Shown: piece after piece, positions 1 through 9,983 of the stretch
Position numbering within the stretch: the first letter of the stretch is position 1
Layout: each line of letters starts with the position of its first letter
Notes under the pieces: model-generated
Database searches by the model: none
Told to the model about the DNA's origin: nothing
What the model saw: the letters and a program-made list of their open reading frames with translations, nothing else
NCBI GenBank assembly: GCA_937965695.1
Contig: CALCKW010000027.1
Span: 8,150 to 72,149 of the forward strand
DNA from: an uncultured Granulosicoccaceae bacterium
GTDB lineage: Bacteria > Pseudomonadota > Gammaproteobacteria > CALCKW01
Reading direction: 5' to 3'
Length of the DNA stretch: 64,000 bases
Position numbers and translations under genes: made by a program

Positions 1-979
1 CCCAGGTACCACTCTTATCAGAAGCATAGATCGCATCTAACGCCTTTTGATTGGCGATAGAGTTCTGCAGACTAAATACAGCCGACGCATCACCCGTGGC
101 AACTGCACGCGCAAATGCTTCAGCCTGAAGTTGATACTGATTTATTCCACCATATCTCATCGTTTTTTCTTCTTTGTGGTTTGCGTTCCACAAACTAATT
201 CGTACATCCCCGTAGAGTTCAGCATTGAATGGTGCTTCGACGAGTATGTAGCCCTCTTCCCCATGAAATCGCATAAATTGATGCGACGCCATGGACGTTG
301 AAAGCAAAAAGCTCATATCGAAATCATCAAAGGCATATTGCACGTTAGCGTAAACGTCGGTTCCAAAGTCTGCATCAAATTCAATATCAGCTCTGGCTTT
401 AAGAGGCTCTTTACCGGTAGCAAAACGAGCTGTCACTGTCGGGTATACGCCAATATCCGGAATAGCACCACCGCCTAAGTCTGGGCGGTTGCGCATATTC
501 TCAGGGTCGCGATTGTAGTAGCTAAAAGACCCTTGAATATGGCGTAAACGCCCGATTTCCCCTTGCTCAAGCCAATCACGGACTTGGTGCCACTGCGGGT
601 GGTAGTGCACCATAAATGCTTCTGCGACTAGGACATTGTTGGCCTTGGCTGAGTCTACAACCGCTTGGATCGCATCCGAGTTTAGGGCCAAAGGTTTCTC
701 AACCAATACGTGTTTGCCTGCTTCAGCTGCTAACGTAGCCCACTCTACATGCTGCGAGGTTGGCAACGGAATATAGACAGCATCGATGACATCTGACGCC
801 AGTAGTGACGGATAATCAGGCAGCACATGGGGAATCTGGAATTGATCTGCAACGACTTGCGCTCTGCTTTGATCTCTACTAGCTATGGCATTCACACAGC
901 ACCCATTCGCTTTCAGGTGAGCGGGAATCACTTGCTCCCGTGCAATTTTTGCAGTCGACAAAATACCCCAACGCAACAT
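1..979 (-). CDS. Gfo/Idh/MocA family NAD(P)-dependent oxidoreductase, 3' end runs off the window
   Basis: Not in the ORF track. Manual translation from ATG at 979 gives MLRWGILSTAKIAREQVIPA (typical N-terminal dinucleotide-binding start). The same frame near position 1 reads SIANQKALDAIYAS with no stop. Confidence 0.85.
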   Translation of the reverse strand, partial: MLRWGILSTAKIAREQVIPAHLKANGCCVNAIASRDQSRAQVVADQFQIPHVLPDYPSLLASDVIDAVYIPLPTSQHVEWATLAAEAGKHVLVEKPLALNSDAIQAVVDSAKANNVLVAEAFMVHYHPQWHQVRDWLEQGEIGRLRHIQGSFSYYNRDPENMRNRPDLGGGAIPDIGVYPTVTARFATGKEPLKARADIEFDADFGTDVYANVQYAFDDFDMSFLLSTSMASHQFMRFHGEEGYILVEAPFNAELYGDVRISLWNANHKEEKTMRYGGINQYQLQAEAFARAVATGDASAVFSLQNSIANQKALDAIYASDKSGTW

Positions 980-1403
980 ACTAATACCCTCGATTTAAAT
1001 ACTTATCTACGCATAATACGCAGACTTGAATGAAGCCACGAGAGTATTGTGCCACTAATGCCTAGCAAATTTTGAATTCAAAAAATTCCAGTAGCAGTGT
1101 TGGATTGACACAGCTGAGTAAAGTGATAACAAACCGAAAATCGTTTGACCTTAAAAAAGCTGCATCTGATGGCACACCAGGGCATACATTTGAACAGCAT
1201 ACGGATAATACCCATTCACAGTCTTTGATTTCAGAAGTCGACGCAGTGTTTGTAAACAAAACAAAACCTTATGTTGATCTCCTCATTAAACCAGGGCTTT
1301 GACTCCGAATAGGTACTGAACTTATACGCTGCTAGAGTTACGAATCCCCAACATGAGCCGATGATAACGCCAACTTGTCACTTATTTCCCAAGGGTTCTC
1401 TGG

Positions 1404-3095
1404 TTGGAAAACAAATTACTCATCGTAGATGACGAACGGCTCATATTAAAATCATTAGAGCGTCTGTTCCGTAAATCTTCGTTTTCCGTTCTGACGGCGG
1501 GAACCGCCGCGGACGCCTTGGAAATTGTCCGAAGCGAGCCAATCGCTGTGCTTCTCTCTGACTTTTCTATGCCCGACATGACAGGAGCCACGCTACTCTC
1601 TAACGCTAAACTCATACGCCCAGACATGACGCGTATCATACTGAGCGGAAACAACGATCAGGCAGCAGTGATCCAATCCTTGAATGAAGGATCCGCCCAC
1701 CGTTACCTCACGAAGCCGTGGGATGACGAACAACTTCTAAATGAAATTGAAGAGGCATTTAGGCAGTTCCGAGCCACACAACACTTGGATAAAAGCTCAA
1801 AACTTCTAACTCATCCCGCGTTGAGCGAATGGTTGAAACACTCACTTTCTGAAACCGACTCTGAGTTCATTGTGTTGGCTTTTTGTTTAGAGAATACTTT
1901 CTTTTTGCGCGAAGCCGGTGATACCTCCAAATTACAAGAAACCATTTCTTCGAGCATTTCAACGCTTGGCTGCTTGTCCGAAACAGTTCACGCCCTTGGC
2001 TTACTCGGCGAGAACCAATTCTGTGTCTGTTTTCGTGCAGGCGATAGTGCAAAGCAATGTATAGAAGAAATCCAAAATAGCTTACCCAAAAACATACAAA
2101 TAGCTGGGCTGAGTTTCCCTCTCGTCTTCAACATGGGTTTTACACAAGCTAAAGCCGGTAGAAAGCCAGAGGAAATTTTCTCAGAATGCCGTACGGTGCT
2201 CAACGCGGCGACCATGGCCAAGAGCACCGTTCCGTTACAATTTAAAGAAACGCAGCGAGAGCAATACCAAAGAAGATCAACCGTGGAATCTCAGCTTTTC
2301 TCTGCCTTGGACAGACAAGAGCTCTACCTGAACTATCAACCAAAAATCAGTACTTTGGATCATTCACTGTGTGGAGCTGAAGCATTAATCCGTTGGAACA
2401 ACTCTGATCTCGGTTTTGTGTCGCCTGAAGAATTTATCCCTGTTGCAGAGAACAATGGATTGATTCATCCGATTGGACTATGGGTGCTCGAACAATCTAT
2501 TAAAGAATGGCTCAGGTGGTATGGTCCAGAGCAAAGCGCGGCAAGGATTTCGATAAACATTTCAAGTGTTCAATTGGAAAATAGAAATTTGCTGACCGTT
2601 ATGCGAGAACTCATTCAGCAAAACTCTATCAACCCTGCTTGTATTGAGCTAGAACTCACCGAAACCAGCTTGATGAAAGACACTGTTGGTGCCCGCGATC
2701 TTCTAACGGATTTAAAAAGTTTAGGCCTGCATCTTTCAATCGATGATTTTGGCACGGGTTACTCCTCATTAAGTTATTTGAGCCAGTTTCCCATTGATAC
2801 GATAAAAATCGACAGATCTTTCATTCTCCCTATGCTCGATCAGAAATCGAGTGAGAGTTTAGTAAAAAACATTATCGCCTTGGCTAAAGACTTAGGCAAA
2901 GAAACAGTTGCCGAAGGGGTCGAAACCAAAGAGCAAATGCTCAAGCTGACATCGCTAGGCTGCAATGTTATTCAGGGATATTTTTTTAGCAAACCACTTT
3001 CACCTTGCGACTTTCAACGCGGATACAGTGAATCAATGCACAGCGAACACGGTGAAAAAACAGAACAAAGATCTATGGCGAGAAAAGCATCTTAA
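1404..3095 (+). CDS. Response regulator with REC, degenerate GGDEF and EAL domains (c-di-GMP phosphodiesterase)
   Basis: REC motifs LLIVDDE, LLSDFSMP, YLTKPW. GGDEF position reads LLGENQF. EAL domain has AEALIRW, LSIDDFGTGYSSL, VAEGVET, QGYFFSKP. TTG start. Confidence 0.92.
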   Translation: MENKLLIVDDERLILKSLERLFRKSSFSVLTAGTAADALEIVRSEPIAVLLSDFSMPDMTGATLLSNAKLIRPDMTRIILSGNNDQAAVIQSLNEGSAHRYLTKPWDDEQLLNEIEEAFRQFRATQHLDKSSKLLTHPALSEWLKHSLSETDSEFIVLAFCLENTFFLREAGDTSKLQETISSSISTLGCLSETVHALGLLGENQFCVCFRAGDSAKQCIEEIQNSLPKNIQIAGLSFPLVFNMGFTQAKAGRKPEEIFSECRTVLNAATMAKSTVPLQFKETQREQYQRRSTVESQLFSALDRQELYLNYQPKISTLDHSLCGAEALIRWNNSDLGFVSPEEFIPVAENNGLIHPIGLWVLEQSIKEWLRWYGPEQSAARISINISSVQLENRNLLTVMRELIQQNSINPACIELELTETSLMKDTVGARDLLTDLKSLGLHLSIDDFGTGYSSLSYLSQFPIDTIKIDRSFILPMLDQKSSESLVKNIIALAKDLGKETVAEGVETKEQMLKLTSLGCNVIQGYFFSKPLSPCDFQRGYSESMHSEHGEKTEQRSMARKAS

Positions 3096-3151
3096 CAATG
3101 AGCTCCCCATACGCAAAGAAATCAGACAAATGCAACATAGAGACTAATCAC

Positions 3152-3967
3152 ATGAAATTACATACTACCGCCTTCCTTATAGCCACTTTGATTCTCAGCC
3201 CAGTCGCCAGCGCAAAAGAGTACACCTTTGGCATCGTACCTCAACAGTCAGCTAAAAAACTCGCTCGACTGTGGGGCCCAATCATGGCTAAGCTAAGCGA
3301 TGAATCCGGTCTAACACTCAAATTTGCCACGGCTAAAAACATACCTACGTTTGAGAACAGGCTCGCAGCGGGCGAATACGATTTTGCTTATATGAACCCC
3401 TACCATTTTACTGTGTTTAACAACTCCCCTGGTTACGAGGCTATCGCTCATCAGGCAAATAAATCAATACAAGGTATCGTCGTTGTACCAAAAGACAGCG
3501 AAATCCAGTCACTCGAGGAGCTGCAAGGCGAGACACTTGCGTTCCCCTCTCCGGCTGCTTTTGCCGCCTCCTTACTGCCACAGGCAAAGCTAAACAACAG
3601 TAATATTGAATTTAAACCACGCTACGTGTCTTCACATGATTCTGTTTACTTATCCGTCTCTAGAGGCTTGATGCCAGCTGGTGGAGGTGTAATGCGTACA
3701 TTTAACAACACCAGCCCTGAAGTACGTGAAAATCTAAAAATATTCTGGAAGACTAAAAAGTACACGCCGCATGCATTTGCAGCCCACCCAAGCATGCCAG
3801 AAGCTGACAAAGAGGCGCTACAGAGCGCGCTTGTCAACCTAAGTCAATCAGACTCTGGAATGAAACTGCTAGAGAGTATTAAGTTCAAGGGTATTGAAAA
3901 AGCGACAGATAACAATTGGGATGACGTAAGGGCACTCAATATTAACATTAACGTCTTATCAAACTAA
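3152..3967 (+). CDS. Phosphate/phosphonate-binding (PhnD-like) periplasmic substrate-binding protein
   Basis: Signal peptide MKLHTTAFLIATLILSPVASA, then FGIVPQQ, YDFAYMNP, LAFPSPAAFAA, SHDSV. Start at 3152 preferred over ORF start 3098. Confidence 0.85.
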   Translation: MKLHTTAFLIATLILSPVASAKEYTFGIVPQQSAKKLARLWGPIMAKLSDESGLTLKFATAKNIPTFENRLAAGEYDFAYMNPYHFTVFNNSPGYEAIAHQANKSIQGIVVVPKDSEIQSLEELQGETLAFPSPAAFAASLLPQAKLNNSNIEFKPRYVSSHDSVYLSVSRGLMPAGGGVMRTFNNTSPEVRENLKIFWKTKKYTPHAFAAHPSMPEADKEALQSALVNLSQSDSGMKLLESIKFKGIEKATDNNWDDVRALNININVLSN

Positions 3968-3997
3968 CAAAAAGAGAACGAATCACCGGGCCTTCTC

Positions 3998-5617
3998 ATG
4001 TCACTCAGATTCAAAACGGTTATTGGCGTTGCACTAATAGAAGCTGTACTGCTCACTTATTTGATCTTCACTGTGTTTGGCTACATGAGTCAAAGTGCGG
4101 GTGATGCTCTCCTTAAACGGGCGAAGACTACTGCTACGTTGTTTGCAACAACGGCCAAAGATCCAGTGCTTACATACGATCTTGCATCGCTAGAGTCCTT
4201 TAGTGAAGAGCTCTTAGACAACCCCGATATCGAGTATGTTCGTGTTTTGGACGAAAACGGATCAGTTTTTTCAGAGATAGGCAATGAACAGTACGCCAGG
4301 CGTCCGTTCAAGGAAGATTATTCGTTGGAAGATGTGGACGATCATATCTTTGATACGACTGCGATCATCAGTGAAAGCGGCATCGATTACGGTAGGGTAG
4401 AGCTTGGCATCAATACAGACAGTATTAAAGCACTCATCGAAGAGAGTAGGCGCTTAAGTCTAACCATCGCTGTCGTAGAGATGACTCTCGTCGCGCTTTT
4501 TTCGTTCCTTCTGGGCACCTATCTAACGCAACAACTAAAAGTCATCCGTCGATCAGCAAAGAAGATCTCTCAGGGGGATTATTCAGTAAAGATTAAAACC
4601 AAATCAAACGATGAGATCGCTGAAGTGGCGAGAGCATTCAACCAAATGAGTGCTGCTCTATCTAAGTCAGAGAAATCTCGCGATGAAAAAGACGAAGAAC
4701 TGTTAGAGCTGAATAGAACGCTCGAGCAAAGAGTCGAAAGGCGCACTGAAAAAATAAACAGACAAATACAAGAACTAGAAGCGGCAAATGATCAAGTAGC
4801 GCTTGCGCAGGCAAAACTTGTACAATCTGAAAAGCTCGCTTCCGTGGGCCAACTCGCCGCCGGAGTCGCCCATGAAATCAACAATCCTATCGGGTTTGTT
4901 CGGAGCAATCTAAACACACTCTCAGACTACATTAAGGTATATCAAACGCTTTTACAGAACTACCAGAAAATGGCTACTGTCGACAATGAACAGGCGCTCT
5001 TAATTGCCGATAAAATTCACAAACAAGAATTAAAAGAAGATCTTCAGTTCATCAATGAGGACATCGAAGAGCTCCTCAGAGACTCCATTGAAGGCACCAC
5101 TAGGGTTAGAGATATCGTCCATGGGTTGAAAAATTTCTCAAGGGCTAATGACATTAATAAATCAGACTGTAACGTCAACGAGATCATTTCTACCGTTTTG
5201 AAAGTCGTCAACAATGAATTGAAATATAAATGCACCATCAGCTCGGACTTGCAAAGTAGCTCACCTATATACGGCAACGTGGGTGAGTTGAACCAAGTAC
5301 TGGTAAACCTTCTGATGAACGCTGGCCAGGCGGTTGAGACAAACGGAGAGGTTTCTATCGAAACCAGAGACCTGGTTGACCAAGTTCAAATCAAAGTGAG
5401 CGACAATGGCAGTGGAATCAAGCCCGAGTTTATGGAGAAGCTCTTCGATCCATTCTTCACAACCAAGCCCGTGGGCGAAGGCACAGGTTTAGGCTTGTCA
5501 ATATCATTCGGGATTATTGAAGATCACGGCGGCGAGATTCTCGTATCCAGCGAGGAAAACAAAGGGACAACGTTTACGATACTGCTTCCAAACGCTGAAC
5601 TCAAAGCAGCCGCCTAG
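3998..5617 (+). CDS. Membrane sensor histidine kinase (2 TM, HAMP, HisKA, HATPase)
   Basis: H-box [10 protein letters not shown]-box [11 protein letters not shown]1 [16 protein letters not shown]2 [12 protein letters not shown] motif [13 protein letters not shown]. Confidence 0.95.
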   Translation: MSLRFKTVIGVALIEAVLLTYLIFTVFGYMSQSAGDALLKRAKTTATLFATTAKDPVLTYDLASLESFSEELLDNPDIEYVRVLDENGSVFSEIGNEQYARRPFKEDYSLEDVDDHIFDTTAIISESGIDYGRVELGINTDSIKALIEESRRLSLTIAVVEMTLVALFSFLLGTYLTQQLKVIRRSAKKISQGDYSVKIKTKSNDEIAEVARAFNQMSAALSKSEKSRDEKDEELLELNRTLEQRVERRTEKINRQIQELEAANDQVALAQAKLVQSEKLASVGQLAAGVAHEINNPIGFVRSNLNTLSDYIKVYQTLLQNYQKMATVDNEQALLIADKIHKQELKEDLQFINEDIEELLRDSIEGTTRVRDIVHGLKNFSRANDINKSDCNVNEIISTVLKVVNNELKYKCTISSDLQSSSPIYGNVGELNQVLVNLLMNAGQAVETNGEVSIETRDLVDQVQIKVSDNGSGIKPEFMEKLFDPFFTTKPVGEGTGLGLSISFGIIEDHGGEILVSSEENKGTTFTILLPNAELKAAA

Positions 5618-5758
5618 TTAGAAAAGTGGAAATAGTAGAATCTGAATGTAGAGCTTAAAAGCGAGCAGTGTTCGATTCAACTAGCCGTGCCGAATGTCAA
5701 ATCAAAAACTAGTTCGCAATAAATTACAAACCCCACCGTCCAACCAACAGTGGGCTGC

Positions 5759-5921
5759 CTAGGGAGCCTCAGATTAAATTCGGTTAATGACATCGGCGTG
5801 AAAAAATTGCAACCAGCAAGACGAGTCGACGGCAGTATTGGTGCTCTAGACTAGATTTGCAACGCGGTTGGGCCGTATTTTGTGCGTCAATGGTGCGAGC
5901 ATGACTTGATCTGAGGTCCCC
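5759..5921 (+). mobile_element. MITE-like dispersed repeat, copy 1 (about 163 bp)
   Basis: Left end ctagggagcctcagattaa and right end ttgatctgaggtcccc form an imperfect terminal inverted repeat. Colinear with 63609-63775, sharing identical blocks gagcctcagatt, ctagatttgcaacgc and gcgagcatgacttgatctgag. Confidence 0.75.
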
Positions 5922-6490
5922 GGCCTTGCACGCTAGTTAGTAAGCCACACACTTACAGAGAGTTACTGTTGCACATTCTTCCGATAGCGAGAATTGCCGA
6001 AAGTAATAGGTTTGATACCGCATACTCCTACACTTCCAGGCATTTAAATTCCACGTAAAGGATCCACAATCCGGCTCACGTCTAATACTTCGTCAACCAA
6101 AAGCACGCTAATAGCCCTCGGTTTAGCCCCTAGGCAATAATCGATTTTTTCAGGTTACCTTAGAGCCAGTGAACAAGGTGAGAGTAGGAAGTTGTGAGCG
6201 CTGGTATTGCCCTCACCGACGTTTAGATGATCGCTGCCGCGACAGCCTCACGCATAGATTTTGTAAGACCGGTTAGCTTTCACGGACGTCAAAGAGCAAA
6301 GAAACACCTAGGGTACTGGACTGGCAGATCCATCAATCAGCAAACTCTTCAAAGCGAAAGCCCCTATCCATCCATCACGATGGAACAAGAACGATTTTAA
6401 CAACAGAAGAAAGAGATACTCTAATCGGCATACTTGGGCAGACAAGGAGCCTGATCACCTGACTGTCAGTATCAAATCTGTGCACTAGCC

Positions 6491-7825
6491 TTAAGTGCGA
6501 ATTTTGACCAGAAAAGACTCCCCTGATCCTTTGCTAAGGGATTTAAATTTTTCAATAAAATTCTCTGTTAGTTTTTGACCACCACGAAGCATCAATACGT
6601 TTTCTCGCAGATATACATCTTCGGCAAGTGTCATCCCTGGCTCTAAATCGGCAATAGACAAGATCAATACTTTACTGACAGCCTCACCTTTTTGACGATT
6701 CTCGTTCACTGCGATAAAGGCTTCAACTACAGCTTTATCAAACTTCCTGCCGATATTGGACTTCAGATACTGAATTGCAGAATCATCGTCCATGGGCGAA
6801 CCGAGCAATGCGCCTGAGAGCAGATCATCAAACTCAGTTGTTACACCTAGAATCTTCGCACCAATGGAGATATCGTCGCCTGACAACTGGTCTGGGTAAC
6901 CGGTACCGTCTACTCTTTCATGGTGTGAGCGAATAATGTTCGCAGCGTTCTGCAGAGGGCCGAGCGACATTAAAATGGCTTGCCCATTCGTACAATGCTG
7001 CTTGTAGATTTCTTGTTGTTCTTCATTCTGGGTTTCAAACGGAGTCTGGAGCAACGTGTCGGACATACCCATTTTACCAATGTCGTGCAGCTGTGCTGCA
7101 AACCCTAAATCCTCTCGCTGCCCATCATCAAGCCCTAATTGTGCTGCCACTAAGTCGCTTAGATCAGCAATGCGGTCGCTATTCGCTGATGCATCTCCTT
7201 CGCGCATGCCGATAATTCGAGCGAAAACTGCCACTGAATCCGTATAAGCTGTTTTAATCAATTCATGCGATTTTTTTAGTTTTGCCGTGCTGTCTTGTAG
7301 CTCCTTCGTGCGTGTCGCTACTTTCGCCTCGAGCGACCCGTTCAATTCCTGCAACTGTTTGTTTTGATCGATGGCCAGTTTGTTCAGACGGTCACGATCA
7401 TCCTTTAAATTTTTTCCTTCAAGCGCGCGTTGCACACTGAGTAGTAAATCAGCGTCGTCCCAAGGTTTCGCGATGTATCTGTAAATGCGTCCGTTATTAA
7501 TTGCACCAACAGTTGACTCCATATCGGAATATCCGGTCAATAACATTCGTACAGCATTTGGGCACTTGGCCGCGACTTCCGTTAAAAAATGATGGCCATC
7601 CATTTCTGGCATACGCATGTCCGAAATGACCAAATCGACCTCATTGTTCGCGAGATATTCAAGGCCTTCAGCACCGCTGCCACAAGTAACCGTGGTGTGG
7701 CCAGCTCGACGAAACAACCGCTTAAGAGACGATAGGATCTGTGCCTCATCGTCAACACACAAGATTGTGCCTTTCAGCTTCTGTTCAATTTCCGGTGACT
7801 CGTCTGGAATTTGCTGCGCTAGCAT
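6491..7825 (-). CDS. Response regulator with HD-GYP domain (RpfG-like c-di-GMP phosphodiesterase)
   Basis: REC motifs ILCVDDE, VISDMRMP, YIAKPW. HD-GYP motifs LHDIGK and HHERVDGTGYP. Confidence 0.92.
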   Translation of the reverse strand: MLAQQIPDESPEIEQKLKGTILCVDDEAQILSSLKRLFRRAGHTTVTCGSGAEGLEYLANNEVDLVISDMRMPEMDGHHFLTEVAAKCPNAVRMLLTGYSDMESTVGAINNGRIYRYIAKPWDDADLLLSVQRALEGKNLKDDRDRLNKLAIDQNKQLQELNGSLEAKVATRTKELQDSTAKLKKSHELIKTAYTDSVAVFARIIGMREGDASANSDRIADLSDLVAAQLGLDDGQREDLGFAAQLHDIGKMGMSDTLLQTPFETQNEEQQEIYKQHCTNGQAILMSLGPLQNAANIIRSHHERVDGTGYPDQLSGDDISIGAKILGVTTEFDDLLSGALLGSPMDDDSAIQYLKSNIGRKFDKAVVEAFIAVNENRQKGEAVSKVLILSIADLEPGMTLAEDVYLRENVLMLRGGQKLTENFIEKFKSLSKGSGESFLVKIRT

Positions 7826-8097
7826 TCTATTTCTCTACACGGCGGAATGGGTAGCGAAGTATTTTTGATAAAAATAAAAAACACTTCATATGTAGTGATA
7901 TCGACGGAGCCAATTACTGCTTTATTCTCCCTCTGCCATAAAAATGCAGCGATACGGCTCTAGCATCCAGAGCACTTCTTATTTATACCTTTTAGCTATC
8001 TGTTCGTACATACTGCTGAAACGCGTGGCGCTTGCAAACACTAGAATTTGTAAAAATCAGGGCATAATAAAATTTTGTATTTACAGATAAAAGAAAA

Positions 8098-8181
8098 CTA
8101 GCACTCAGCCTCAGGCACCTGATTGGTCAACTTTCATTTCCCGCCTACGTCACTGACCGGACTTAATCTGAGGCTCCCTAG
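8098..8181 (-). mobile_element. MITE-like repeat, short copy 2 (84 bp)
   Basis: Reverse complement starts ctagggagcctcagattaa, identical to 5759-5777. It continues with cggtcagtgacgt, shared with the 63.6 kb copy. Bounded by CTAG at both ends with an internal cctcag/ctgagg inverted pair. Confidence 0.7.
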
Positions 8182-8235
8182 ATGAAAATTTCAACCGTGT
8201 GCTATATAGCTCTTAAGTCAATTGGAGACAAGTAA

Positions 8236-9117
8236 ATGCCCACGCGTGTAACTATTATCGGAATATCTTTGCTCATCAGTGCATGTGCCATAAGCAACTT
8301 CTCTTATCGCACTATCCCGCTCTCAAGTGAGTTCATCGCCAGTGCATCGCGTATAGAAGCAAAAGCCCCGATACGAAGGTACAAAGATTCTTTTTTCAAT
8401 ATCGAACTGGGTAGGTTTCAAGTAGAAAACGTAAACGTCGGCAAATCTTCGAAGTCAAAACTCTCCAACAAAGCAGAAAAAACAACTAGCGAAGACAATT
8501 CTTTGTGGAATTTTTTGATCTATCAGAAAGTGAAGTTTGAAAATGTGGTTTATGAGCAGTTTCGTTATGAAGAATCAAAAAATTTTTCATTCAGCTTAAT
8601 CCGTTTAGGCCAAGAGACCGCTGATGCCCAATGCACCATCTCAACCTTAATGCTGGAAAACAATGAGGTGTCACGCACATCAATCGGTGTGTGGAACGAC
8701 GATTCAGATGACAGAACTGTGCAGCACTTTGGGGAATGGCTTTCAACCCGTTTAAGCTGCGCGATTAGTCACCAAGGTAAAGTGTTGAGGTTCAGTAAAC
8801 TAGACGTTGTGAATAGCTTGTCAGTGTTTGAAGTAGAGCAACCAGATCGTCAATACCTTGTTGAAGCACTACCTGCCGTATACACCGAGGAGCCTAGACA
8901 AGCGGGTGTTGCCGGAGCGTCTGCAGAGCAGTACCCAAGTGATGGGCCGATTACTGCAGGCTTGGCAGTTTTTAGGGGCGATCAACAGCTAGCCGCGGCA
9001 TCCTTGGTCAACGGAAACAATGCGCTATGGATAAACCAAGATACGCCTGAATCAGAACAGGTTGTGCTTGTTTCAATGCTGTATGGTTTGGTATTAAGTT
9101 CCTGGTTGACACAATAA
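8236..9117 (+). CDS. Hypothetical lipoprotein
   Basis: 293-aa ORF with N-terminal lipobox (LLISA-C), RBS ggag upstream and a terminator directly after. No recognised domain. Confidence 0.7.
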   Translation: MPTRVTIIGISLLISACAISNFSYRTIPLSSEFIASASRIEAKAPIRRYKDSFFNIELGRFQVENVNVGKSSKSKLSNKAEKTTSEDNSLWNFLIYQKVKFENVVYEQFRYEESKNFSFSLIRLGQETADAQCTISTLMLENNEVSRTSIGVWNDDSDDRTVQHFGEWLSTRLSCAISHQGKVLRFSKLDVVNSLSVFEVEQPDRQYLVEALPAVYTEEPRQAGVAGASAEQYPSDGPITAGLAVFRGDQQLAAASLVNGNNALWINQDTPESEQVVLVSMLYGLVLSSWLTQ

Positions 9118-9146
9118 AAAAGGCGGCCTCTGGGGCCGCCTTTTTT
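9116..9146. terminator. Bidirectional intrinsic terminator
   Basis: aaaaaaggcggcc-tctgg-ggccgcctttttt between the convergent lipoprotein gene and sdhB. Confidence 0.85.
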
Positions 9147-9171
9147 CATCAAACTAGCAGCCACTGGCTAA

Positions 9172-9957
9172 CTACACTTGACGCATCACCATCGTCTTCT
9201 TTATTTCCGCGATTGCTTTGGCAGGGTTTAATCCCTTCGGACAAGCCGTGGTGCAATTCATAATAGTGTGGCAACGGTAAAGTTTGAACGGGTCTTCCAA
9301 GTCATCCAAGCGCTCACCTGTCGACTCATCTCGACTGTCGACAATCCAGCGGTAGCTGTTGAGTAACGCCGCTGGTCCAAGATAACGGTCGCTGTTCCAC
9401 CAGTAGCTAGGACAGCTAGTCGAACAGCAAGCACAGAGAATACACTCGTAGAGTCCATCCAATTTCGCACGGTCTTCTTTGCTCTGCAGGCGTTCGCGGC
9501 CTGTCGGAGCTGGTGTATCTGTTTGCAACCAAGGCTTCACACTGGCGTACTGGGCGTAGAACTGAGTCAAATCAGATATCAAATCGCGCACGACGGGCTG
9601 ATGCGGCAACGGGTAGATCGCTATCTCACCGTCGAAATCGTCAATACCCACCGTACAAGCCAAGGTGTTTGATCCACCAATGTTCATGGCGCACGAGCCA
9701 CAGATGCCCTCGCGACAAGAACGGCGAAAGTTCAAGGTTGGATCCACTTCGTTTTTGATTTTTATCAGTGCATCGAGAACCATGGGACCACAGTTGTCAA
9801 TGTCCAGATGATAGGTATCCAAATAGGGATTGTTCCCCGTGGATGGGTCATAGCGGTAAACCCTAAAAGTGCGCACTTTTTTGGCGCCAGCGGGTGCATC
9901 AAAAGTGCTCCCCTCCATCACTTGGGAGTTGGCCGGTAACGTAAACTCTGCCATCAA
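9172..9957 (-). CDS. sdhB: Succinate dehydrogenase iron-sulfur subunit
   Basis: [22 protein letters not shown] and [12 protein letters not shown] Fe-S motifs. Confidence 0.97.
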   Translation of the reverse strand: MMAEFTLPANSQVMEGSTFDAPAGAKKVRTFRVYRYDPSTGNNPYLDTYHLDIDNCGPMVLDALIKIKNEVDPTLNFRRSCREGICGSCAMNIGGSNTLACTVGIDDFDGEIAIYPLPHQPVVRDLISDLTQFYAQYASVKPWLQTDTPAPTGRERLQSKEDRAKLDGLYECILCACCSTSCPSYWWNSDRYLGPAALLNSYRWIVDSRDESTGERLDDLEDPFKLYRCHTIMNCTTACPKGLNPAKAIAEIKKTMVMRQV

Positions 9958-9983
9958 TTTTTCCTCAATCAGTTACAGGCGGA

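Noticed and set aside
47-1302. Short ORFs 47-301, 827-1033, 1062-1259 and 1072-1302
   Set aside because: The first two are antisense to the Gfo/Idh/MocA gene. The others have no motif or RBS support and lie in the divergent promoter region.
6330-6380. Possible c-di-GMP riboswitch near the HD-GYP gene (caaactc...gaaagccc)
   Set aside because: Lacks the paired GGCAAAC-GAAA-GGGACGCAAAGC architecture and lies downstream of both flanking genes.
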